DNA of 64,000 bases from Candidatus Hydrogenedentota bacterium (GTDB lineage Bacteria; Hydrogenedentota; Hydrogenedentia; Hydrogenedentales; JAEUWI01): contig JAXMOL010000040.1 of NCBI GenBank assembly GCA_034669905.1, positions 14,411 through 78,410 of the forward strand, given 5' to 3'. Positions 39,256 to 49,428 of this stretch are shown here, in pieces (within the stretch, counting starts at the first letter, position 1; every line of letters starts with the position of its first letter). The position numbers and the translations under genes were made by a program. The notes beneath the pieces are model-generated. The model saw only the letters and a list, made by a program, of their open reading frames with translations. It was not told where the DNA came from and did no database searches.

Positions 39256-41099
39256 GATTTGCTGCCTTTCTGACCATCGAGGTCGCGCAGCGCCTTGACC
39301 GCATCCTCGTCGCCGTGCTCCAACGCCTTCCGAAACCAGAAACGCGCTCGGCGTTTACTTGCCTCCGCACCGTCTCCGTCACGATAGGCCTCCCCCAACG
39401 AGTACATGGACGCTTCGCAGCCTTGGGCAGCGGCCTTGTGGTACCACTTCAGCGATTCCACAGAGTCCTGCTCCACGCCCAGACCGCGATGGAACGCATA
39501 GCCCACGTTGCATTGCGCGGCTGCTTTTCCTTGCTCAGCTGCCTTTTTGTACCAGAGGAAGGATTTTCGTCTATTTTTTGGAACGCCCTCACCATTGAAG
39601 TATGAGTATCCCATCTCATACTGGGCCGACGCGTTTCCCCCCTCGGCGGCCTTGCGCCACCACCGGATTCCCTCGGGGCGGTTTTGTCGTCCGGCTTTCC
39701 CGTAGTACAACGAATAGCCCAGACTGTATTGGGCATAGGCATCCCCCTGCGCGGCCGCCTTCCGAAACCAGTAGGTGGCCTCCTTCCAATCCGCCCGGCA
39801 CCCTTTACCCCCGCCAAGGGCGTCGCCCAACAAGGCCTGTGCATCCGCATAGCCTTGCTTGGCCGCCTTGCGCCACCAGGCTACCGCGAGACGATAGTTC
39901 TTCTTGCCCTCCGGTCCTACACGATACCGGAGTCCGAGATGGAACTGATGATAGGGATCGCCCTGCCGCGCCGCCCTTAGAAACCATTGCTTGGCCTCCT
40001 TAATATCTCGCGCACATCCTTTCCCATCCTCCAGGGCAATCCCCAGCTTGTGCTGGGCATCCGCATCGGCCTGCTCCGCCGCCTTGCGGTACCAATAAAC
40101 CGCCTTGACCCGATTGCGTCGGAGCCCCCGACCATACTCGTAGCACTCGGCCATAGAATACTGGGCCTCCGGCAACTCCTGCTCGGCGGCCCGCCGAAGC
40201 CAGCGAACCGACTCCTTCAGGTTCACCACACAGCCCTCACCCCGTTTCAGGCATATCGCAAGATTGAACTGAGCGTCACCATCCCCCTGCGCGGCCGCCT
40301 TCCCGTACCAGAAGAATGCCCGGCGATGGTTCTTGCGTACTCCGCGCCCCTCGTCATAACAGCACGCCAAACCGAACTGGGCATCCGCATCGCCCTGCCG
40401 CGCAGCACGACGATACCAACGCACCGCCTCAGCGTCATCGGCCTTGCACCCCTCGCCCCGATATAACGCGTTCGCGAGGCAGAGTTGCCCGACCGCATCG
40501 CCCAATTCCGCAGCCGTCCTGAACCATCGCACCGCTTCCTTCAAGCGTTTCCGGGTGCCGTCGCCATCACGGTAGGTTATACCCAGATTGGTCATCGCAT
40601 CTCTATCCCCCTGCTTCGCCGCCTTACGGTACCAGTAACGGGCCTCCTTCTTGTCCACGTCACAGCCCTCGCCAAAATCCAGGGCATAGGCCAGAAAGGA
40701 CTGCGCGTCGGCGTCTCCCTGCCGGGCGGCCGTTCGGTACCAGTGGACCGCTTCCACCAAATCTACCGCGCATCCTTCCCCATGCTGCAAGGCCCACGCC
40801 AGATTGTATTGGGCATCCACATGCCCCTGTGCAGCCGCCTTCCGGTACCACTCCACAGACGCCGCAAGGTTCTTCCTAACGCCCTCGCCACGGGCGTATC
40901 GACACCCCAGACAGAATTGCGCCGCCCCATGTCCCTGCGCGGCCGCCTTGCGAAACCAGATTACTGCCATACGTTTGTTAATAGGTTTTTTGCAGCAGAA
41001 GTGTCGTCCCAGCGCATGCTGCGCCTCCGGATCGCCAGACTTCGCCTGAAGTAGAAGCCGTTTACGTTTGGGCGCGGTTGAAGTGTGGGTAGATTTCAT
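39252..41099 (-). CDS. Sel1-like repeat protein (about 16 repeats)
   Basis: Regular 36-aa Sel1 units; start at MKSTHT (41099) preferred; ATGA overlap with the next Sel1 gene. Confidence 0.9.
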   Translation of the reverse strand: MKSTHTSTAPKRKRLLLQAKSGDPEAQHALGRHFCCKKPINKRMAVIWFRKAAAQGHGAAQFCLGCRYARGEGVRKNLAASVEWYRKAAAQGHVDAQYNLAWALQHGEGCAVDLVEAVHWYRTAARQGDADAQSFLAYALDFGEGCDVDKKEARYWYRKAAKQGDRDAMTNLGITYRDGDGTRKRLKEAVRWFRTAAELGDAVGQLCLANALYRGEGCKADDAEAVRWYRRAARQGDADAQFGLACCYDEGRGVRKNHRRAFFWYGKAAAQGDGDAQFNLAICLKRGEGCVVNLKESVRWLRRAAEQELPEAQYSMAECYEYGRGLRRNRVKAVYWYRKAAEQADADAQHKLGIALEDGKGCARDIKEAKQWFLRAARQGDPYHQFHLGLRYRVGPEGKKNYRLAVAWWRKAAKQGYADAQALLGDALGGGKGCRADWKEATYWFRKAAAQGDAYAQYSLGYSLYYGKAGRQNRPEGIRWWRKAAEGGNASAQYEMGYSYFNGEGVPKNRRKSFLWYKKAAEQGKAAAQCNVGYAFHRGLGVEQDSVESLKWYHKAAAQGCEASMYSLGEAYRDGDGAEASKRRARFWFRKALEHGDEDAVKALRDLDGQKGSKS

Positions 41100-41670
41100 C
41101 GAATCAATTCCTGAATTCGTCAAGACATAGTCCAAGTTAGCGGGAATGCTGTCGGGGGACGGTGGGAAGCAACGGGTCTGTGGGGCATTCACATCTACGT
41201 ATAGATGCACGTCACCCATCGGCTGGCGGACGCATTCGCCCGAAACGGTGCTTGTCCCCGAGGAGGAAGGACTATGACTGCTGGAATTGATTCATGATAG
41301 GTCGTCTTCCTTAAACTGGCGAGGGAGTCGCCGACTGTCGTAATAGTACGACAGATTATGATGACTTGCAAGCGTTTCATTTATCATGACAAAAAGATCC
41401 GGGAGCCACCGGACTACGGCGCGCCGGAGCCCCTCCGACAGAGGAGCGAAGCAGGGGCGCTTGTGGGTGTAGACGATAACCCAGCGCAGCCGATCCCCGC
41501 ATCACCGCCCAAAGGGGTGCCACCCTTACGCGGGGGAGCGAAGCGGAGGAGCTTACGGGTGTAGATCTCCGCGTCGACTCAAGCGTCTTCGATGCTCCCT
41601 GGATAGCCGCACCCGTAAGGCCGTTCGTACCTCACGTCCGTAAGGGTCAGCGACGCGCCGTAGGCGGGTG

Positions 41671-41869
41671 GCACCCCCAACGTCACCGGTCCTACATCAC
41701 GCTCTATCAGAACCAACCTCTCCCCATCTCAGCCGGGACGGCTAAGCCACTGCCCCCCCAACCGTGGGTTAGACGTCCCGTCTGACACGTGGTATCGCTA
41801 CGACATCAAAAAGACCATGTACTTGGCCAAGCGATTCACCCTTCACCCTTCACCCTTCACCCTTCACCC
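41671..41869. repeat. Second copy of the REP-containing block plus (TTCACCC)x5
   Basis: 41671-41792 identical to 37983-38104; diverged continuation then heptamer array 41835-41869. Confidence 0.9.
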
Positions 41870-41965
41870 TTTAAACTTCAAACTTCCCATTGCTCCGCCA
41901 CGAATCAACGCGATACAATGCCGCCTCAACATTCTCACCCCCAATCGACTTGAAGGAAATTCCCC

Positions 41966-43069
41966 ATGGGTGTACTCGCTGACCGTATGAGCCGTATTGA
42001 TGCCAGTGGCATCCGCAAAGTTTTCGCCATGGCCGCCACCATGAAGAACCCTGTCAATCTCAGTATCGGACAGCCCGATTATGATGTGGACGCCCTGGTC
42101 AAGGACGAGGCCATCGCCCAGATTCAAGCGGGATTCAATGGCTACACCCAGACCTGGGGCATCGAGGAATTGCGTGAGGGCGTGGCGGAGTATTATGACA
42201 CCCGCTTCGGCGCCAGGGCCGAAAATGTGATGATCACCAGTGGCGTCTCAGGCGGTCTGTTCCTGACCCTCATGGCGACCATTAACCCGGGCGACGAAGT
42301 CATTTTCGCCGATCCCTATTTCGTCATGTACCCCCACCTGGTCAGCCTCCTCGGCGGTAAGCCCGTGCCGGTTTCCACCTACCCCGATTTCAAACTCACC
42401 CCCGAGCGGGTCGAGGCGGCCATCACCGACAAGACGAAAATGCTCATCGTGAACTCTCCCGGTAACCCCACGGGCGTCACCCTGAACAAGGCGGAAATGG
42501 AAGCCCTGGCGGCCGTCGCAAAGAAACATAATCTCCTCGTGATTACCGACGAGATCTATGAGGCCCTCCAATACGACGAAGACGCGGCGACCATGGTCGG
42601 CATGTATGAAAACACCATCCTCCTCAACGGCCTGAGCAAATCCGCCGGCATGACGGGTTGGCGTCTGGGCTGGGCGGCGGGACCGAGCGAAATCATCCAG
42701 GCGATGAATACGCTCCAACAGTACACCTTCGTATGTGCCCCTTCTGTATTCCAGAAAGCCGCCGCCGTGGCCCTCAAGGCAGACATGTCGTCCAAAATCG
42801 CTGCCTATCGCGAAAAACGCGACATCATCTACACGGGCCTGAAAGACCATTTCGAGGTCACCAAACCCGGTGGCGCCTTCTATATATTCCCCGAGGCTCC
42901 GGGCAAGGACGGAGATGCCTTCGTGGCCAAGGCCATCGAAAACAACCTGCTGATCATCCCCGGCTCGGTGTTCAGCGCCGCCAAGACCCACTTCCGAATC
43001 TCCTTCGCCGCCACCAACGACACCCTCCATCAGGGCCTGGAAATCCTTCACCGCATCGCCAAACCATAG
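41966..43069 (+). CDS. PLP-dependent aminotransferase class I/II (aspartate aminotransferase-like)
   Basis: NLSIGQPD, NSPGNPTG, DEIY, SKSAGMTGWRLG and GGAFY motifs. Confidence 0.92.
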   Translation: MGVLADRMSRIDASGIRKVFAMAATMKNPVNLSIGQPDYDVDALVKDEAIAQIQAGFNGYTQTWGIEELREGVAEYYDTRFGARAENVMITSGVSGGLFLTLMATINPGDEVIFADPYFVMYPHLVSLLGGKPVPVSTYPDFKLTPERVEAAITDKTKMLIVNSPGNPTGVTLNKAEMEALAAVAKKHNLLVITDEIYEALQYDEDAATMVGMYENTILLNGLSKSAGMTGWRLGWAAGPSEIIQAMNTLQQYTFVCAPSVFQKAAAVALKADMSSKIAAYREKRDIIYTGLKDHFEVTKPGGAFYIFPEAPGKDGDAFVAKAIENNLLIIPGSVFSAAKTHFRISFAATNDTLHQGLEILHRIAKP

Positions 43070-43229
43070 ACTTCACAGTACTTAGCCCCCCATAAAGTGC
43101 CGCGCATCTTGGCCATGGACGGCCCTTTTGCCGGCCCACCCTTCTTTTCATTTTGCCCTGTGTGATTCTCCGTATATACTTACTACGGAACGGCAATCAC
43201 CGAATAGTACGCAATTGTGAAGGAATATC

Positions 43230-46200
43230 ATGGGCACGTCTTCAGGCACTTCGTCGCTTTGGCGCGTAATTACTACACTCACGCTGGCATTATTAGGAGT
43301 TAATTCGGCGCAAGGAGCCACTTTTCAGGTGACCAGTGCTTCTGATTCCGGCCCGGGAAGCCTGCGGGACGCGATTGACCAGAGCAACAGCAACGGCGAA
43401 GCGGACACGATTACCTTTAACTTTGGTACATCCACGACCATCGAATTGACAGGCCCCCTTCCCCCACTCACCGAAGGCGGTACCGTCATCGATGGCGGCA
43501 ACACGATAATCCTTGACGGGAGCCTCGTCACGGACCGAGGTATCGGTTTCGCCATCACGTCAGCCAATAACGCAATAGAAAACATGATCATCGTCAATTT
43601 CCCGGGGGACGGTATCTCCATCGTCGGTGATGGGGCCACCAGCAATCGGGTTCAGGGTTGTCGTATTGGAACCGATGGCACCGAAGCCCGTCCCAACAGG
43701 CGGGACGGCATCCGTCTGGGCTTCGGCGCCAGCAGCAATCTGATAGGCGGTGTCAACACCGCCAATCGCAATATCATTTCCGGAAACGGGCGCAACGGCA
43801 TCACGGTCAGCCGTGATAACCTTATCAACGGCCCCACGGAAAACAACATCATCCAAGGCAACTATATTGGCACCAATGCCGAGGGGGACGGGGCCATTCC
43901 CAACGGCTCACACGGCGTGCAGCTTTACAAGCAGGCCGCTAACAACTTCGTCGGCGGTGTGGCAGCAGGCGCAGGCAACCTCATTTCGGGCAACCGGGAA
44001 AATGGGATCACCCTGGAAGACGGCGGCACCTCCAACAATTTCGTACAGGGCAATTCCATCGGTACGGATGCAAGCGGGACCGATGTGTTGGCAAACCGCT
44101 TCAGTGGCGTGTACATCAGCAAAGGCGCTTCCAGCAACAACATTGGCGGCAACGCGGCAGGTGCGGGAAATCTAATCTCTGGCAACGATCACGATGGCGT
44201 CGTAATCCGCGATGGCGGCTCGACCGACAACTACGTCCAGGGGAACCTCATTGGAACGGACCGGGATGGTCTCGGCGACGTTCCCAATGGTGGTCGGGGT
44301 GTGGATATCAGTTTTGGCGCACGCCTGAATGTTATCGGCGGTGCTTCCAGCGGAGACGGCAACGTCATCAGTGGTAACCGAAACGAAGGCGTCCGTATCC
44401 AGGGCAGCGCGACGGCCGGAAATATTGTGCAAGGCAACCTCATCGGCGTTGACATCAATGGCGACAGGATGCCCGGTAACTCCATCGGAGTCGTGGTTCG
44501 CGAAGGCGCTTCTGGAAACCGTATTGGTGGCACCCAGACCGGGGAAGGCAACACCATCGCCGACAATGGCGGTTTCGGCGTCTTAATTGAAGGGGCCAAC
44601 AGTACCAGCAACGCTATCCGGCAGAACAGCATTACCGGAAACCGTAACGACGGCATCAAGCTGGCGCGAGAAGGCAACGCGAATATCGCGGCCCCGGTCA
44701 TCACCGGCCTCGACCCCGTCGCCGGAACGGCCCCCCTGGGGACGGAGGTCGAACTCTTTGCCGATGGCAACGGGGAAGGCGCCGTCTATATCATGACGCT
44801 CTCTGCCACCAATGGAAGCTTTTCCGCCGCGATCGACTTGAGCGCCTACCAGGGGCTTTCGCTTACGGCCACGGCCACCGGGATCGCGGGCAACACCTCG
44901 GCGTTCAGTGAGGCCATGGCCATCGCCGATACGACCGAACCTGGAATTACCCTCCTCGGTGGCGACGACATCACCCAGGAATGCGGCGTCCCCTTTACGG
45001 AACCGGGCTTTACCGCCAGCGACAATGTGGGCGGAGACCTGACGGAATTGGTGGAGCGCACCGGGAATGTGGCGGTCGGCACGCCGGGCAGCTACACCCT
45101 GACTTACACCGTCGTGGACCAGAGTGGCAATACGACGATGGCCACCCGAACGGTCACGGTGCAGGATAGCACGGCACCGACGCTGGCCCTTAACGGCTCC
45201 CCGGAAATGTCGATTACCCTCGGCGATACCTTCAATGACCCGGGCGCCTCCGCAGAAGACGGCTGCGAAGGGGATCTCACCGGCAGCATTGTGGTGGGCG
45301 GCGATATGGTAAATACCAACGCAGCGGGCGACTACACCGTCACCTACGCGGCCACCGACGGATCGGGAAACACGGGCCTCATATCTCGCCTGGTGCGCGT
45401 ATTGGAAGGCACCCCGCCCGTCATTACCCTGAACGGGCCCTCGGTGATGGTGCTCGAATGCAACGGACCTGCCTACGAAGAACCGAATGCGGTCGCGGAA
45501 GATGGCAACACCGGCGACCCGATCGGTGGATTGGTCATCGGGGGTGATACGGTGGACACCACGACCGTAGGCACCTATGTCGTGACCTACGATGTGACCG
45601 ACACCAGCGGTTCCACCGACCTGCCCGCTACCCGGAAGATTCGAACGGTCCACGTCGTCGATGCGACCGCACCGACAATCACCTTGAACGGCCCCGATAC
45701 CGTCACCGTGGAGTGTGGCACGCCCCTGAATGACCCCGGCGCCGTCGCCATGGACGCCTGTGAAGGGGAACTCCCCGTCGAATCCAACATCACGGCGGAC
45801 AACGGAAAGGGAAGCGCCAAGCTGGTCATTCCCGGCACCTATACCATCACTTATCGCGCAACAGACAGCAACGGCAATGTGGGTATGGCCACACGAACGG
45901 TCAACGTAGAGGACACCCAGCCACCACGCCTTGAACTGGTTGGCCCGGCCCGGATCACCTTGCTCACGGGCATGAGCATCAACGATTTTGGTGCCACCGC
46001 GCTGGACGCCTGCGCCGGTGACATCACGGGTGACATCGTCATTGATGGGGATGCCGTCGACCTCGAAACGGCCGGTGTCTACGAAGTGACCTTCAACGTC
46101 TCCGACCCCCTCGGCAATGTCTCCCCCACCCTTACCCGGGAAGTGGTGGTACTCGATGAATTGCGGGTCGATGTGGCCATGATCAATGCCGTCGATCCAC

Positions 46201-48077
46201 AAGGCACCGGCAGTCGCCCCTTCGGCCGCATCCGCGATGCCCTCCTCATGGCCCAGGATCTCTTTGAAGAAGACCGCGCCATCGGCATTCGTCTGGAAGC
46301 AGGTACCTACCAGGAGCAGGTGGAGTTTATCCCCAACGCCGTGCTCATGGGCGCCGACCCCACCGACCCGTCGGCCACCGTTATCGAACCGGATGCCGGC
46401 CTGCTCGACGATTCCGACTCCGTATTGCTGGAAACGGCCAGCGACATTCAGATTTCCGATTTGACGATTCGCATGCCCGAAAGTGACGGGCTTTCCGATA
46501 CGACCTTGCTCCGCATCGACGATGACGCGGTCAGCCTGGAAAACGTGGTGCTCGACGGCAGCACCCCCGGCGGAAACGTGGGCCTGCACATCTCCGGCGC
46601 CACCTCCTCCGATTCGGTCCTGATGAACTGCACCCTCGAGAATCTCGATTGCGCCATCCTGACCCAAGACTCCAACGTTACCATTACCCGAAATACCTTC
46701 CGCAGCATTATGGGCGAATCCCTCCGTATCCTCGCCCCCACCCTCAAACAGGAAGATGAATCGTCGGTCCCTAATCTGGGCGACGTGGATGACCTCGACA
46801 ATACGGGCAACAATACCTTCGAGGAATCAGACGCGGCCTACATCGTCAATGAAAGTGACGAATCGGTTTCCGCAGAGGGCAACTACTGGGGGACGGATGA
46901 CTACGATACCATCGAGGCGGGCATGGAAGGCGAGGTAGACTTCACGCCCTACTTCCTCAGTGCCGAACTCAATATCCTTACCGTGACCATCGCCATTTCG
47001 GTGGAAGACGATAGCACCTCCGATCCGGTTACCACCGCCTCGGTAAGTATTGACCCCAGCGTCTTCGCCGATATTACCGACAACAACAACGGCGTCTATG
47101 TCTTTCCTGCCCTGCCGCCGTCCACCTACACCTTCACCGCCACCGCGACCAACTTTGCATCGGGTATGACCACCGTAAGCGACCCTGACCTCATTGATGA
47201 AGGCCTCATCCGCTTAAGAGCCCTCGACACGACGGCCCCCGTCATCACGGTTCGAAACAACACCGCTGAATTCAACACGGTGGACTGTAACTCCGGCACC
47301 TACGCCGATCCCGGGGCCTCCGCCTTGGACGACACCGACGGTGCCGTTGATGTCAGCACGTCAGGAAATGTGGACACGACCACCCCCGGTCAATACGTGA
47401 TCACCTATACGGCAGTGGACAGCGCCGCCAATACGGCAATGGAAACCCGCACTGTAACCGTTCTCGACAACTGTGGTGGTGAAGGTGAAGGTGAAGGTGA
47501 AGGTGAAGGTGAAGGTGAAGGTGAAGGTGAAGGTGAAGGTGAAGGTGAAGGTGAAGGGGAAGGGGAAGGGGAAGGGGAAGGCGAAGGCGAAGGCGAAGGC
47601 GAAGGCGAAGGCGAAGGCGAAGGCGAAGGCGAAGGCGAAGGTGAAGGCGAAGGTGAAGGTGAAGGTGAAGGTGAAGGCGAAGGCGAAGGCGAAGGCGAAG
47701 GCGAAGGCGAAGGTGAGGGTGAGGGTGAAGGTGAAGGTGAAGGTGAAACGCCCCCCATCACGGACATTGCAGAGAGCCTGCTCGCCGGTTTTGGGAGCGC
47801 CGACGTGGACGCCGATGGCGTCCTATCTCTCACGGAAGCCCAGGCCGCATTCAGTGGACTGACTACTTCCCAATTCAATGAGCTCGATACCAACAATGAT
47901 GGCGGACTGAGCCGCGCGGAACTCTCCCAAACAATCAACGGCGATACCGGCGGCTGTGTCTTTTCCAAGGGACAAACGATCGCTCAGCTGATCCAACACC
48001 GCTTGGGCGACCTGCTGATGTTGGGCCTGGCAACCCTCGTCCTGTTGGGATGGCGGCGACCCGAAACCCACCACTAA
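43230..48077 (+). CDS. Large cell-surface protein: beta-helix region, DUF5011/Ig-like repeats, (GE)45 tract, EF-hand-like motifs, C-terminal TM anchor
   Basis: Signal peptide; [11 protein letters not shown]; repeated GNLISGN/QGNLIG; repeated DTTAP.ITL.G and [18 protein letters not shown] and [12 protein letters not shown]. Confidence 0.9.
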   Translation: MGTSSGTSSLWRVITTLTLALLGVNSAQGATFQVTSASDSGPGSLRDAIDQSNSNGEADTITFNFGTSTTIELTGPLPPLTEGGTVIDGGNTIILDGSLVTDRGIGFAITSANNAIENMIIVNFPGDGISIVGDGATSNRVQGCRIGTDGTEARPNRRDGIRLGFGASSNLIGGVNTANRNIISGNGRNGITVSRDNLINGPTENNIIQGNYIGTNAEGDGAIPNGSHGVQLYKQAANNFVGGVAAGAGNLISGNRENGITLEDGGTSNNFVQGNSIGTDASGTDVLANRFSGVYISKGASSNNIGGNAAGAGNLISGNDHDGVVIRDGGSTDNYVQGNLIGTDRDGLGDVPNGGRGVDISFGARLNVIGGASSGDGNVISGNRNEGVRIQGSATAGNIVQGNLIGVDINGDRMPGNSIGVVVREGASGNRIGGTQTGEGNTIADNGGFGVLIEGANSTSNAIRQNSITGNRNDGIKLAREGNANIAAPVITGLDPVAGTAPLGTEVELFADGNGEGAVYIMTLSATNGSFSAAIDLSAYQGLSLTATATGIAGNTSAFSEAMAIADTTEPGITLLGGDDITQECGVPFTEPGFTASDNVGGDLTELVERTGNVAVGTPGSYTLTYTVVDQSGNTTMATRTVTVQDSTAPTLALNGSPEMSITLGDTFNDPGASAEDGCEGDLTGSIVVGGDMVNTNAAGDYTVTYAATDGSGNTGLISRLVRVLEGTPPVITLNGPSVMVLECNGPAYEEPNAVAEDGNTGDPIGGLVIGGDTVDTTTVGTYVVTYDVTDTSGSTDLPATRKIRTVHVVDATAPTITLNGPDTVTVECGTPLNDPGAVAMDACEGELPVESNITADNGKGSAKLVIPGTYTITYRATDSNGNVGMATRTVNVEDTQPPRLELVGPARITLLTGMSINDFGATALDACAGDITGDIVIDGDAVDLETAGVYEVTFNVSDPLGNVSPTLTREVVVLDELRVDVAMINAVDPQGTGSRPFGRIRDALLMAQDLFEEDRAIGIRLEAGTYQEQVEFIPNAVLMGADPTDPSATVIEPDAGLLDDSDSVLLETASDIQISDLTIRMPESDGLSDTTLLRIDDDAVSLENVVLDGSTPGGNVGLHISGATSSDSVLMNCTLENLDCAILTQDSNVTITRNTFRSIMGESLRILAPTLKQEDESSVPNLGDVDDLDNTGNNTFEESDAAYIVNESDESVSAEGNYWGTDDYDTIEAGMEGEVDFTPYFLSAELNILTVTIAISVEDDSTSDPVTTASVSIDPSVFADITDNNNGVYVFPALPPSTYTFTATATNFASGMTTVSDPDLIDEGLIRLRALDTTAPVITVRNNTAEFNTVDCNSGTYADPGASALDDTDGAVDVSTSGNVDTTTPGQYVITYTAVDSAANTAMETRTVTVLDNCGGEGEGEGEGEGEGEGEGEGEGEGEGEGEGEGEGEGEGEGEGEGEGEGEGEGEGEGEGEGEGEGEGEGEGEGEGEGEGEGEGEGEGEGEGETPPITDIAESLLAGFGSADVDADGVLSLTEAQAAFSGLTTSQFNELDTNNDGGLSRAELSQTINGDTGGCVFSKGQTIAQLIQHRLGDLLMLGLATLVLLGWRRPETHH
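47478..47747 (+). repeat. Coding hexamer repeat GGNGAR x45 encoding (Gly-Glu)45
   Basis: 270 bp counted directly; codon-homogeneous blocks. Confidence 0.95.
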
Positions 48078-48248
48078 ACAGGCGAGGATTCATCTCGGAT
48101 ATTTTCCAGGTCATTCGATTGCCATCATAAAGACTTGGGGCTTGGGAGCACAGGCGGCCAGGCCAAACGTCCGTTGGCCTTTAGCAGGCGCTTGCGTACC
48201 CTCTCGTAACGAACGATTGGGATTTGCTCGAGGTCTACCTTCGCTCAT

Positions 48249-49169
48249 TTAGTTTCCTGCGGAACGTTCCTCCACATTCTGGATAGCCGCAACAAGTGCT
48301 TCGGGCACTTCTTCCTGGAGGAAGTGCCCGGCCTGGGTTTCCGTCACCGGTGCATCGGGGAACAGCTTCCGTACCCGCTTCAGGGAACGGCCCAGAATGG
48401 GATCGCGAATCCCCCAAACCAGCGAAACCGGACCGGCAAACGACTTGGCCCACGCTTCACACTCAGCCAGCCCCGCGATAGAAGGGTGTTCCGCACCGAT
48501 GGGTACCATGCGGGCCAGGGCCAACGGCGCCGCGCGGTTCCCCCACCCGGAAAGAGGGTAGCGATAGGCACGCATTTCGTCCGCTCCCAGACTCGCCGGA
48601 TCCCCCTGAACCTTGGGCAACATGGGCAGGGGAAAATTGAGCCCCCGAAACGCTACCGTGCTGATAAACGGGCGGTTCGCAAAACGGTGAAATTTTGTCG
48701 CCTTCATACGGCGATCCGGCGGCTGGATAGACGTATTCGCGAATACGGCGCCCGTCACCCGTTCCGGGCACCGCGCCGCCATACCCGCCACCTGGGGGCC
48801 ACCCCAATCCTGACCGACTACAATGATATCCTCCAGTTCCAGGAGCTGTACCAGGGTCACCAGATTCTCCACATGAAAGGCCATGGAATGGGCATCGATT
48901 CGATGAGGCTTTTCACTCAGCCCCAGTCCAATCATGTCGGGTGCCACGACCCGAAAACCCGCCTCCACCAACGGAGGGATCACCTTGCGCCAGAGATAGG
49001 ACCAGGTCGGGTTTCCATGCATCAACAAAACACAGCGCCCCACGCCCTCATCCACCAGATTCATTCGTCTGCCGTTAATGTCGATTTCCCGACGATTGAA
49101 GGGATAGTCCGCCACCAGCCACGGGGGTAAATCAGTGGAACTACACGGATACTCTTTCATCACGTCCAT
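48249..49169 (-). CDS. Alpha/beta hydrolase, haloalkane dehalogenase-like
   Basis: HGNPTWSYLWRK, APDMIG.G.S.KP, nucleophile QDWGG and GHFLQE motifs. Confidence 0.8.
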   Translation of the reverse strand: MDVMKEYPCSSTDLPPWLVADYPFNRREIDINGRRMNLVDEGVGRCVLLMHGNPTWSYLWRKVIPPLVEAGFRVVAPDMIGLGLSEKPHRIDAHSMAFHVENLVTLVQLLELEDIIVVGQDWGGPQVAGMAARCPERVTGAVFANTSIQPPDRRMKATKFHRFANRPFISTVAFRGLNFPLPMLPKVQGDPASLGADEMRAYRYPLSGWGNRAAPLALARMVPIGAEHPSIAGLAECEAWAKSFAGPVSLVWGIRDPILGRSLKRVRKLFPDAPVTETQAGHFLQEEVPEALVAAIQNVEERSAGN

Positions 49170-49428
49170 CCTTCTGGATTCTGCGCGTTGTCAAACGATA
49201 TAGTGCACGTCAACCCACGGGGTCATGGAAGTAACCATAGCAGATCGGTATCAGCGGGTCCGAATTGTGAGAAAACTTCGCCATGTGCGCCACCAAAGGT
49301 CGGAAGACCAACAAATCGTTCCGCCCATGTCCTCTTCCGCCCCTTCCGACACGTTTACTTCACGGGACCGGTTGGACGGTACAACCTTTAAGCACCTCAT
49401 CGCGATCAAACGGGGAAACACGACGACA

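Noticed and set aside
44583..46667. Long antisense ORFs (this one; also 25048-26493, 56896-58506, 60235-61848, 3967-5175)
   Set aside because: Shadow frames of well-supported genes, expected from high-GC codon bias; no recognisable motifs.
47405..47968. Poly(SP) and poly(VK/AK) ORFs
   Set aside because: Alternative-frame and antisense readings of the (GE)45 repeat.
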